Origin: Trypanosoma brucei
Taxonomy: Eukaryota
Length of the DNA: 64,000 bases
Assembly (NCBI GenBank): GCA_000002445.1
Contig: CM000208.1
Coordinates: 3,552,001 to 3,616,000 of the forward strand
Direction of reading: 5' to 3'
Positions 1 to 9,646 of this stretch are shown piece after piece (the first letter of the stretch is position 1; every line of letters starts with the position of its first letter). The notes beneath the pieces were generated by a model, which worked only from the letters and a program-made list of their open reading frames with translations, had not been told where the DNA came from and made no database searches. The position numbers and the translations under genes were made by a program.

Positions 1-1179
1 CATCTGGTCGTGGTGCCTTTGCGATTTAATGTTACGGCCGGGCTGTACAGTGTCCTCCCCGTAGACCGTAAGGACATCAAGCGAATCTTTTTTTATGTTG
101 TTGCCGGTGCGCGGAGCTTTTGCCTCCGTTCTGGTTATGTTGCTTATAGTTCTTGGCCGTGAGGTGGCGGCTTTCTTCGCTTGCGTCGTCGGCGTCTCAA
201 TCGGCGCCGAGTGCTATTCGCGTTTCTGAGGATAGAAGATTGCCCTCATTGTCTCTTGAGCCGCTTCCGTGAGAGGCGCGGCTGCCGGCTATGGAGAAGT
301 GTAGAGACTGGCTGTGCCCGCCGCGATGAGTGAGAATTGGCAGCTAATCTGTAGCTGCTCTGTACGGTCCTGGCGCTATTTGAGGTATGGGTCCGTTGAA
401 ATTGAAGCACGTAGGCTTTCGGCCTTAAAATGTGTTACCCGCTTTTGTGGGAGGTGTTGCCGTGGGGCGAAGAGCGGCTTGCTTTCGGGGAGGGCTGCTT
501 CAGATAGCTATCTCTAACTCCTTTGAATTTTCCAATGGTCGTTTTCGTCGGTCACTGTCATCGCACGGTCGGCTACGCATCTTCCTTTTCATTTGTCGGA
601 TCTCGCTGCCACAGATCTTTTGCGCGGTCCCCTCTTGTGGTTTTAAAGACAGCGATTGCTTGTCGCACTAGTTGCCATTATTGTTGTTTTGGATGAATCG
701 TACCGCACCCTCGTCCAGTCCTTTAGCACGCCTCGCTGCAGGTTCTTTCACTGCTCTTCGCCCACCTTTTACGCTGAGGTGTTGGTGGTGCGAGGACAGG
801 TTGGTAATTTGACTCCTAGGGCGTTTTTGTCCGTTTTCAGTGCTCTTCTGCTGCTACTTCTCATGGCGTATATGCGGTTGCTGTCGCTTCTTGTCCCTGC
901 TATTCCTGCGTTTCCGACTGCCTTTCGCTGACTGTGCGTGTGCGTAGCATTCCGTATCCTCTGAGACTATTTTAGGGATGTAGGAACTGAACCTTCATGC
1001 AGCAGAAGGCCGTACCCCTTCCACAGTGTGCTTCACGGAGCTTCTTCATGTGACTCTATATCTTGCACTTCTTCTGGTGAGCTGCGGTTTCAGAAAGGTG
1101 CTCGTGCGGCCCCTCCCCTTTCACTTCGTGATATCGTGTTCGATGCTTGGTCTTTTCTTTTTGATTGCTAACCGCATAT

Positions 1180-1246
1180 GTTTTTGTTTCCTCCCTTATC
1201 ATACCCCTCGGTGACTCGATATTGTGGGGATTTTGTTTTGTCTTAG
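1180..1246 (+). promoter_or_regulatory. Polypyrimidine tract plus AG: candidate trans-splice acceptor for the 1262 gene.
   Basis: tttttgtttcctcccttatcatacccctc...ttttgttttgtcttAG lies 16 nt before the ATG. Confidence 0.5.
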
Positions 1247-1261
1247 GAAAATACGAAGAAT

Positions 1262-3403
1262 ATGCTTCGTCGAGCATGCCTTGCTGGTAGGGTGAGCGCC
1301 ATCGCTACCCCTGGGTTTGCTACTTGTAAAATACTTTCAAGTGTTTCCTCCAGTGGGAACGACAAGAAAAACACTAAGGCTGGACTGCTGTCTGGAAGTG
1401 GAAGTGAAGGACATCATACTGGTCCTATTCCTGGCGCCACTGGGAAGGATAATCGACAGGGGATATATTCTACAAGGGGTTCACCTTCCTATTTTGAGAA
1501 ACGCTATCCCCGAAAAGAAGGCGAGTTGGTGAGTAAGCAGGTTGTGGATCCAAATGAGCCAAGAGATCGCTCTGATAATTTGAAGGCTCCTGAGTTTGAT
1601 ACTTCGTTAGGCAAGTTTGAGCAAGCACCATACTTTACTGGAGGACCTGGTGCCATGAGGTACAATAACTATGTGCGGGAACCGGTGGATAAAGAAGGTG
1701 TAGATTATCGTGATGTTGTTCCACTTCCGCCATTTGAGGACCATCACCCAGATTTCTCGTACGCATCAGCGACAGGAAAGCGCGAGGGGGACATTACCCT
1801 TTTAGCAAACACTGTCGTAAACTGGGAGATAAAGGCCGCTATGATGTCTCTCTATCGCTCTTGCCTTAAGGGGCTTCCAATGGTTAAACACTACTACTGG
1901 TTGCTTACGCCACTGCCAGAGATGAAATCGAAGATACGAGAGCGTTTCCTTCAAAATCAGCACACGAAAGATCCTGATGCTATTAGACATTTGTTACATA
2001 ATGGATGGATGGAATACCAGGAGGTTATTTTGTTTAGGCGAACACGGGCATCGGTTGCCAAATTTTTTGAATGGGAAAGCCAAGACGAACTTGTGCGTGG
2101 CTACACACGGGAGGAGGGGAAGATGCAAGAGGAACGCGCCTTCTGGAACGGAGAGGAACAACGAAGGGAGGGCCCATATGATGGACATTGGTCTTGGCTC
2201 GGAAAGGAGAGCGAAAAGGAGTTCGCTAAGATTGCAGGTAGGATTCCCATTTCGTGGTCGACGTCGAAAGGCTACTTTGAAAAAGGACAAGCTGATGGCA
2301 CCAATTATTGGGAGAAAAACCTGGATTACGAAGGTTGGTATATTAAAAATGTGGACCCTGATCGCCAGAACGCAAGGCGTGAAATGCAGGGTTGGATTGA
2401 AAGCGGGTATAACCAACCGAAACATTATGCTAGCAAAAACAGACGTGGGTATCGTAGACTTGTTAAGGACATTGAAACTATGATGGAAACTTCGATGGAG
2501 GATTTATATACAAAGAACAGAGAACAGCTGTTCCAATACCTTATTAGGGAAACACATCCGGAATCAAATCGTATTAACGCGGAACGTGTTCTTGCGAGAC
2601 AAGACGATGACTTTTACTCTACGAGGTTTGATGAGTACGAGAAATACCTGAAGCAGGCAATGCGTGAGATGCCCAACCCGCGCTTATGGAAGACTGATGC
2701 TTTTTACTTTCGATTACGGTACCTGCTTGCTCCCCTCGAATACAACTGGGCAAAGGTTCCTATTGGTATATCGCAGGAGAAGTTGTACAACGAATGGATT
2801 TCTGACAACGCCAACTACGCAATTTTAAACAGTGCAACGTTTTCAAATATAAAGAACAATAAACTAAAAAATCCAATGGCCAGAACCTGGGCCGATTTTT
2901 ACAACGACTACGATCCAGATGTCCCGGAGACGCGGAGACTTCCTTGGTATCATCCCGATTTTGACTATGATCGCCGGCACAAATGGGATGAAAGGTGCAT
3001 GCGAATGAAGCGGTGGGTTCAGGGGGGAACTATTGACGGCAAGCTGCCATACTTCGACAGTATCATAGCCGAGTGGGAACAATATGTCAATCGTCCTGAG
3101 CGATTTCGAGCCTCGGATAGTGCTGAGCGTCGGTATGCCGCCCCAAGAATGGTTCAGCTCTATCGGTCGTTGAACCGGTTAATGGATGTTGCCTTAGTAA
3201 ATCAAATGAGGGCTGTTGTGGAGAGTAGTCTCTTAAATACTCAAGTGGAGCTATCACGTGCCTCTGTTACGGACATCCAAAGGATGTTAATATCCGTGGA
3301 TTTCACGGACTTTCGATTCGTGGTTCCAACTATCATATACCCAGATGGGGTCCAGCAGCCGGTGGTAGGATTAGACGGAAATGTGGTTGTCTCGCAGATT
3401 TAG
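1262..3403 (+). CDS. Hypothetical protein (713 aa), W/Y/D/E-rich. The N-terminus MLRRACLAGRVSAIATPGFATCK resembles a mitochondrial presequence.
   Basis: Long ATG-initiated ORF. A polypyrimidine tract (1180-1244) plus AG (1245-1246) sits 16 nt upstream of the ATG. Codon usage matches the neighbouring genes. No recognisable catalytic motif. Confidence 0.55.
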   Translation: MLRRACLAGRVSAIATPGFATCKILSSVSSSGNDKKNTKAGLLSGSGSEGHHTGPIPGATGKDNRQGIYSTRGSPSYFEKRYPRKEGELVSKQVVDPNEPRDRSDNLKAPEFDTSLGKFEQAPYFTGGPGAMRYNNYVREPVDKEGVDYRDVVPLPPFEDHHPDFSYASATGKREGDITLLANTVVNWEIKAAMMSLYRSCLKGLPMVKHYYWLLTPLPEMKSKIRERFLQNQHTKDPDAIRHLLHNGWMEYQEVILFRRTRASVAKFFEWESQDELVRGYTREEGKMQEERAFWNGEEQRREGPYDGHWSWLGKESEKEFAKIAGRIPISWSTSKGYFEKGQADGTNYWEKNLDYEGWYIKNVDPDRQNARREMQGWIESGYNQPKHYASKNRRGYRRLVKDIETMMETSMEDLYTKNREQLFQYLIRETHPESNRINAERVLARQDDDFYSTRFDEYEKYLKQAMREMPNPRLWKTDAFYFRLRYLLAPLEYNWAKVPIGISQEKLYNEWISDNANYAILNSATFSNIKNNKLKNPMARTWADFYNDYDPDVPETRRLPWYHPDFDYDRRHKWDERCMRMKRWVQGGTIDGKLPYFDSIIAEWEQYVNRPERFRASDSAERRYAAPRMVQLYRSLNRLMDVALVNQMRAVVESSLLNTQVELSRASVTDIQRMLISVDFTDFRFVVPTIIYPDGVQQPVVGLDGNVVVSQI

Positions 3404-3820
3404 GAAACGTGAATTTTTATTCCTAGTTTTGTAGTATGTACGGCGAGGGCGCAAATATAGGGAAGAAAGGCGATAGGTAGGAAGGGCAACATTTTTTCTA
3501 TTTATTTTCTCAAATATTTTTCTAAATCTTCGCTTACGTTCGTTACGAATATAACTGCATATACGTATGTGAGTGGGTGATGATTTTTATTTTTTTAAAT
3601 ATCGTGGAAGATTCACTTAGCAGCGGTGTCCAGACAAAGGGACTATTTCCCCTTTCTTTCCCATTTTTATTATTACATCAAATGGTTGTGTATAGCCCAT
3701 TTCCGTTTAGATTTAACCTATTCCTGTACGAGGTGTGCAGTGTATGTTCATACATATTTTTTGCTTGCTCTTCAATTCAAATTTTCTTTATTCTTTAATT
3801 GCTAGTAGGTTGCATTGCGT

Positions 3821-3844
3821 TTCTGAATCTTTTTTTTTTTGAAG
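3821..3844 (+). promoter_or_regulatory. Poly-T tract plus AG: candidate trans-splice acceptor for the GNL3-like gene.
   Basis: tttctgaatcttttttttttttgaAG lies 21 nt before the ATG at 3865. Confidence 0.5.
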
Positions 3845-3864
3845 GTGCGCTCAGTAGAAGTCAA

Positions 3865-5910
3865 ATGCCTAAAGTAAAGAGTGGGGCTTCAAAGCGCGTG
3901 ACGTCCCGTCAGCGTCACAAGGTAGAGCGGAAGAAAAGGGAACATAAACGTGATCTACGTAAGGCAGCCAAAGCAATGAAAAAATCTGGACTGGGCCCGA
4001 AAAGGACGAAAAGGACTAGAGAGCTGGCGAGGTTGGCACTGAAAGTCTCAAATGCTCATCCTGACAAAGAAAGCATACTTCGACGAGTGCTTCAGGTCCG
4101 TGAGGAGGCCCGCGTCGAGCGGGGGAGACAGAAGGGCAAAAATAAAGAAGACAGTGATCATGAAGCTGCTAAAAATGTTGGGAAGTCGACCAAGGTAAAA
4201 GAGGGTAAGAAGTGCTTTACATTCATACCCGTTTCTGAATCCAATAACTTTTCTTATCAATTTAACAGAACCTTGATGGAATTGGTTTTCCCTACCTCCG
4301 AAACGTCTACCGAGGTACCTTCTGTCGCCTACGTGGTGACCCTCGACGCTCGATGTGCAGTCCAGTGCTTACCGTGGGGGCTTCTTGACGCTATCGTGCG
4401 CGAGGGCAATGCGTACAGGAACGCTGGGGGAAAAAGGAAGATACTGGTTCTATTCGCTCTCACCAAATGTGATCTTGTGTCGGTTCATGCGTTGATCAGT
4501 CAGATTTCTTTGTTGGCGCATGTGTTGTCCGAGCAATACATCGGTGTCAGTGACGGAGACGATGATTTGAATATTGGTGACAGCATTTATTTTACGTTCT
4601 GCCTGGTTTCGAATCGGTTTGAAAAAACCGTTCACCATCTGAGTACCCTTTTGAAACGGTTTCGTGCAAGCAATGGGTGCTCGAAGTATAATAATAAGAG
4701 CAATCTCAATGGAAAGATCTGTTGCTTCGTTATTGGTCTTCCAAACACGGGTCGGCGAACTTTGTGTCGCATGCTTTTTCAACACGACGACTCCAACACA
4801 AGTATCGTCCCAGTATCCGCTGCTCAGTTGCAGGTTGTAAATGGCCCCACTAATGAGTCGTGTGAGGGTCATGTGAAGTTTGCCTTTCCGAATGCAAAGG
4901 AAGTTACGGTGCTACAATTTCCGGAGGATGCCACTTTAAAGCGAGAACTATTCAATCTTTGCGGAAGTGAGGTTATATTTAAGCCTCAGACCTTTATTGA
5001 GAGCTTGGCTGACCCCGAGGTTGTTGGTCACGTGCTTTACGAAGCCGTAATGAACAAGGATGACCTGGCTCAGGGGTTCTGTCAACCTAATGAATGCAAC
5101 AGCGACACTACAAGTGAACGGAAGGAATTCTATGCTGCCAGACGCTTTTTTACACGACTGGGACAAACAGTGCGGAGGGAGAAGGGGTTTTACGTATCTC
5201 CATCACTTGTTTCTAACGCGGGAACGATGAGCAGAATGTGCAGCAGCTCCTTGACGGCTTCTACGACCTTCACCTCTTGTCAGCAGAGCACACAGAATGC
5301 CCCTCCTGACGCATCATACAGTAATGCAACCCCTAACAGACTTGTAAGAATTTCCTCCGTTGTTTCCAGAAGAAATGGGAAGAGGGGATGTACAACTCCT
5401 ATGAAGCGCGCTGATTATCGCAACGTGTTGAAACTGGGGGCACGCACGTTTATCCGTGAAATCCACCATGGAAGGAATGTCCCGTGGGCAGTGATGCGCT
5501 CTCCGTTGAAGGATTGCCTGACATTGTCGGATGTGGAGCGCGCCTCCACTATTTTTAACCTTTCCCTGTGCCTTGGTAAGGCTGTCGGCTCCGCCGAGGA
5601 TGCGAAAAGCCCTTCTGAGCATCTCACCGCGCTGCTGGATCACGTTGCCTCCCAGATGAAGCAGTATCTGGTGTTGCTGCCGAACAGCGTTGTCGAATTT
5701 AGTCCCAGTTCTATTGTGGCTCCTATCCATAAATTGGGTTTCACTCGAGAGAACGAGGGAGGATCAAATGGTTGTGGGGATGAGGACGAAGAAATTGAGG
5801 ATTATTGTGAAGGTGAGGAAGAGTGTGAGGATGACGATGAACAAGATGAAGGGGATGATGAAGAAAATGAAGACGAGTCGGAGGAGGGAGAGGATGATCG
5901 ATCTTGTTGA
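3865..5910 (+). CDS. GNL3/nucleostemin (Nug1)-like circularly permuted GTPase, divergent. It has a basic N-terminal domain, a G4-like TKCD, a G1-like GLPNTGRRT and an acidic D/E tail.
   Basis: N-terminus PKVKSGASKRVTSRQRHKVERKKREHKRDLRKAAK parallels the GNL3 basic domain ([37 protein letters not shown]). LTKCDL (G4) comes before VIGLPNTGRRTL (G1), the permuted order. C-terminal DEDEEIEDYCEGEEECEDDDEQDEGDDEENEDESEEGEDD. The ORF track starts at 3799, but the poly-T tract and AG (3821-3844) lie inside that extension, so I chose the ATG at 3865 (MPKVK). Confidence 0.5.
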   Translation: MPKVKSGASKRVTSRQRHKVERKKREHKRDLRKAAKAMKKSGLGPKRTKRTRELARLALKVSNAHPDKESILRRVLQVREEARVERGRQKGKNKEDSDHEAAKNVGKSTKVKEGKKCFTFIPVSESNNFSYQFNRTLMELVFPTSETSTEVPSVAYVVTLDARCAVQCLPWGLLDAIVREGNAYRNAGGKRKILVLFALTKCDLVSVHALISQISLLAHVLSEQYIGVSDGDDDLNIGDSIYFTFCLVSNRFEKTVHHLSTLLKRFRASNGCSKYNNKSNLNGKICCFVIGLPNTGRRTLCRMLFQHDDSNTSIVPVSAAQLQVVNGPTNESCEGHVKFAFPNAKEVTVLQFPEDATLKRELFNLCGSEVIFKPQTFIESLADPEVVGHVLYEAVMNKDDLAQGFCQPNECNSDTTSERKEFYAARRFFTRLGQTVRREKGFYVSPSLVSNAGTMSRMCSSSLTASTTFTSCQQSTQNAPPDASYSNATPNRLVRISSVVSRRNGKRGCTTPMKRADYRNVLKLGARTFIREIHHGRNVPWAVMRSPLKDCLTLSDVERASTIFNLSLCLGKAVGSAEDAKSPSEHLTALLDHVASQMKQYLVLLPNSVVEFSPSSIVAPIHKLGFTRENEGGSNGCGDEDEEIEDYCEGEEECEDDDEQDEGDDEENEDESEEGEDDRSC

Positions 5911-6162
5911 GTGGACTGCACGGGTAGGGCATATAACAGTAGCGTTTAAGTGGGATAATAAGAAGGGAATTTAAAATCCACCCCGTGTTTTCAAATGCAA
6001 TTGGAACTGCATTAACACTATGCAAAAATATTCATTTTCTGTTACTATACTTGTTTCACCTCCTGCTTTAAGCAAAAATTTTTTTGTTTCCTTTATCCCA
6101 ATGTCGTTGTGTGGTCAACTTTGTCTCGTTCCGGTACGGGGGAACAACTGAAGGCGAGGTGC

Positions 6163-8715
6163 ATGGCAGAACATGCTTTTGCGTCCGAGACTAAGTATGG
6201 TCGTAGGCTGAATATGTATTTGTGTCACTGTTCCTCCGAAGAGGCAATTTTCCCTGCGACTGCGTTACGCTTGCACACCCAAACCTCAACCGGTTGGCAA
6301 TCTGCCAGGTTGTGTACATATCCTCAAGAACTTGGACTCAGTTTCAGTGGCGAAGTGGAGCTAGATTATATTCGTGTACTTTGTCACGAAAGCAATATAC
6401 CAACACGCATTGAAGTATTCGTTGCTGAGGCTAGTGATGGGAGCACAAAGTTGAATGTGGTTACGCCCTACGAAAACAGCAACTTTCAGCGGATAGGTTA
6501 TGTGCACTTTTCTGCTGGGAATGAAAGTGCAGTCGGTATCCGTGAACTTAAGACCATTAAAGTGTGTCGCAAGTGCGTTTTCGTAAAGTTTTTGATACTA
6601 AATCCATATAGTTCCAGTTTCAATACCTTTAATCAAGTGGGTATCATTGCCATGGCGGGCCACGGGCGGCTTGTGAAGAGTATACAACGTGAATCCACAA
6701 AGCGCATATGCGTGGTTGGGGAAACGGTGGAGGTGCCGCTGGAGAAGATGTTGCCACCGATATTAAATAAGTTACCATCTGCTCCTTCGGGATCCGATAA
6801 GTTCGGGGAGGTCGACGCCGTAACGAGACGCCGCCTTGCGGAACTTCTTCGTGTAAAAGAGCATGCAGTGATGACCGAGGATTATGACCTAGCTGGTGCG
6901 TTGAAACCAGTGCTGGCCACTTTGGAGGATGTTGGAAGGGAGATTTACGCATTAGAGCAGCGGAAAAATGCTGCCGTGGAGGAGGAAGACTATGCTTCCG
7001 CGAAGAAGTTAAGGGATGATATCGAGGGTATGCGGAGAACCGCCTACTTGGTCTCGATAAATCGGGTACACACGATTCGTAGAAGGTCAGTCGACAACGC
7101 AGTGGAAGTGCGGAATATTCAACACAACAATATATGTTCAGATGAAAAGCAAAAGGAAGAAAATCAATGCAGGGGTCTTTCACCACCTCCAGCGCCTAGG
7201 GTGTTTTCACCTTCGACGTTTGATGAAATGCCTGTAGGTGGTGCTGGATACTACCGACTCGTTGACGGCGAAACGGGTGCAAACGACCGGAACCACGGTA
7301 TTGCGGATGTCGTCGGTGATGTAGATGTACTTTCTGCATGTGTCATTCAAGGGAAAGAGAAATGGGAGGAGCTACTTCTTCGTGCAATAGTAACGATTTC
7401 TGGTTGTCAAAGTCTTGAGCTTGACGTAGAAGACGAATCGGTTGCGGAGGGAAAGAGATTCGAGAAGGTGTTCGGGTCTGTTTGTTGTGGCTGCTTATTT
7501 GGGAAAAGGGGGAAACTTCGGGAGGCAGCCATTCGAGCCATATGCACCCCATCTGTTTTTGTTTCTCTTTTGGGCCACGCGGATAACATTACGGAAATGC
7601 TACTTTCGTACGTGGTTCTTCCCACTCGTGGCCTAAACGATGCGACTACGTCAGTTGTCATCGCTTCTTGTGACGCGGTTCGTGCAATTGCCGAACAGTT
7701 AGAGGGAGTTCCACCGTTATCATCTCTGAATTCACACTTATCACCAGTTTTGTCGGCTCTAGTGGCCCGCCTAGGTGACAGCAACAACCGTATACGGGAG
7801 CGCGCAGAATCTGCTCTTCTATCAGTTGCCAAATCAGCGCTTGATGTCGTTGTGGTGGCCCTGGTTAGCAACCCCCAAAAGAAGAAACAACATACGGTGC
7901 CGCATAGGGTGCACGCCTCGCGCATAGCTGTACTGAATAACCTGGTAGATATGTACGGTGCCGACGGTGCAGTTTCAACAAATCTTGAGGCCCAAAATAT
8001 TCTTTCAGAAGTTGTGCTGCCCTGTATGCAGCACTCTAGCGGTGAGGTGCGGGACGCCGCAAGTTCCCTCTTTGCTAAGTTATTACTTGTCGCCCCCAGT
8101 ATTGCGCAAAGGAGTATCGGAGTTCTTAAACCAACTCAGTGGAGTGCCGTCGAACATTATTTGTCTGAGCTGACGGGCGGGGCGTGCGATGAGGGATTTT
8201 CTCGGGAGGTTGATACCAGTGATAGATTGCTCCCAAGGACCGGATTTGTTCCGTGTGCGACGCCAACTTCTGCTGAATCCGTAACAGGAAGTGCCTCTGC
8301 AGGACGTGACGCTGCATCAAAAACGTGTCATTTTTGTGGAGAATTCAACGAAGGGTTTGTGGAAGCCTCTTTGGATATTCACTTCATTCGCGCGTGCCCC
8401 ATGCTTTGCCCATGTCCTTTGTGTGACCAGGTTACCGAAATCGCAACGTTGCAACAGCACCTCACTGGCGAATGCGAGAACCGGCATTTGGTTCGTGAAT
8501 GCCCGAGATGCAAGGAGGCGGTGCGCGTAGAGGATATCGAGAGACATATTGCAGCAGAGTCCTGCATCAAAGCAGTCCCCACGCACAGCGTTTGTCCACT
8601 CTGCCACGCGCGGTTCAAGGCTGGAATGAAAGGGTGGTTAACACATTTGGCAGCGCCTCCAGGTTGCCCAAAGAACCCCAAAAAGTACGATGGATCAGGG
8701 CCCATTACCGAGTAG
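6163..8715 (+). CDS. CEP104: CEP104/FAP256 homologue (ciliary tip protein): N-terminal jelly-roll-like domain, central HEAT/TOG-like region, C-terminal Cys/His zinc-finger array.
   Basis: RLCTYPQELGLSFSGEVELDYIRVLCHESNIPTRIEVFV...FQRIGYVHFSAGNESAVGIRELKTIKV...NQVGIIAMAGHG aligns with human CEP104 FCQFPQEIVLQMVERCRIRKLQLLAHQYMISSKIEFYISE...FRRLGYVSLCDNEKTGCKARELKSVYV...NQVALVAINIIGD. C-terminus CHFCGEFNEGF...CPMLCPCPLCDQV...ECPRCKEAVRVEDIERH is ZNF-like. Start moved from 6109 to the first ATG after polyY+AG (6079-6153). Confidence 0.7.
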   Translation: MAEHAFASETKYGRRLNMYLCHCSSEEAIFPATALRLHTQTSTGWQSARLCTYPQELGLSFSGEVELDYIRVLCHESNIPTRIEVFVAEASDGSTKLNVVTPYENSNFQRIGYVHFSAGNESAVGIRELKTIKVCRKCVFVKFLILNPYSSSFNTFNQVGIIAMAGHGRLVKSIQRESTKRICVVGETVEVPLEKMLPPILNKLPSAPSGSDKFGEVDAVTRRRLAELLRVKEHAVMTEDYDLAGALKPVLATLEDVGREIYALEQRKNAAVEEEDYASAKKLRDDIEGMRRTAYLVSINRVHTIRRRSVDNAVEVRNIQHNNICSDEKQKEENQCRGLSPPPAPRVFSPSTFDEMPVGGAGYYRLVDGETGANDRNHGIADVVGDVDVLSACVIQGKEKWEELLLRAIVTISGCQSLELDVEDESVAEGKRFEKVFGSVCCGCLFGKRGKLREAAIRAICTPSVFVSLLGHADNITEMLLSYVVLPTRGLNDATTSVVIASCDAVRAIAEQLEGVPPLSSLNSHLSPVLSALVARLGDSNNRIRERAESALLSVAKSALDVVVVALVSNPQKKKQHTVPHRVHASRIAVLNNLVDMYGADGAVSTNLEAQNILSEVVLPCMQHSSGEVRDAASSLFAKLLLVAPSIAQRSIGVLKPTQWSAVEHYLSELTGGACDEGFSREVDTSDRLLPRTGFVPCATPTSAESVTGSASAGRDAASKTCHFCGEFNEGFVEASLDIHFIRACPMLCPCPLCDQVTEIATLQQHLTGECENRHLVRECPRCKEAVRVEDIERHIAAESCIKAVPTHSVCPLCHARFKAGMKGWLTHLAAPPGCPKNPKKYDGSGPITE

Positions 8716-9610
8716 GTGGAGTTGAAGGGTGAAATATGTGATGAATTCCTATTTTGTGATTGCTTGCCGACCACATCGGTACCCCGCAGAGCTTCGGTTC
8801 GAGGGTACTGAGGGTGTACGCGATATATGCAAATACTCGTGCTTCGCGTTCTCACGGAAGGTGTGGTCATTAGACCCGTGTTTCTTGCTACTTTATGAAA
8901 GTTAAACATTGTTTGTTGAAATTACATACATAAATGGGGGCGATAAGTCAGTCGCCGTTAATTTGTTCTTGGAACGCCCCGCGGAACGCTTGGAATTCGT
9001 TTAAGGTGAGGACCACTATTCTCTCACTCACACACACTTATGTATTCCCATTGTATCAAGTTATTTTCGCTTCTGGTCTGTGGGAAAGGGAAGTGTTCGG
9101 GGATGGAGAGGGGCCGCTTCATTAGACACCGCATCACTGCTCTCGAGCCACACCGCCTTTCTCGCGGCAACTTCTGACTGTTCGGTATTAGGCGGTGTCG
9201 AACCAACCCTTTCCACCTGTCCCGCTTACGCCATGCATTTGTTGGTATGTGGTGGAGATGTACCAGTGACGTCCTGGGAGGAGTGCGGTGTGCGATGTCT
9301 CCAGTCTGTATTACTGCGTTTTGTGACAGGTCATGTTTTTTTACCATTTCCTTTTTCTGAGTTTGGATGGTACCATAGAATGGCCACGTCAGGGTCTCCC
9401 TATCTTATCCTACTTTCTACAAGTTTTACACTCTTGTTTCGCTTCTCGGTGTGGGGGCTCGGTGCTCCAGGCGTCAATATCTTCATATACCTTTTACTCA
9501 ACTATCTGCTAAAATTCTATCTCTAGTGTAGGAAAAGGAAAAGAATTAGCTACTATAATTGCGTAATATAAAGAGGAACGCCTCACTGATAGTTTTTTCA
9601 ACGTTTGCTA

Positions 9611-9642
9611 TTGTTTGTATTCCATCCTTAATTGTGCTGCAG
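9611..9642 (+). promoter_or_regulatory. Polypyrimidine tract plus AG: candidate trans-splice acceptor for the kinesin-14 gene.
   Basis: ttgtttgtattccatccttaattgtgctgcAG lies 5 nt before the ATG at 9647. Confidence 0.5.
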
Positions 9643-9646
9643 AAAG

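Noticed and set aside
8780-8830. ggttcgagggtactgagg downstream of the CEP104 stop, briefly considered as a tRNA fragment
   Set aside because: No cloverleaf can be drawn, and it has no A-box or B-box spacing.
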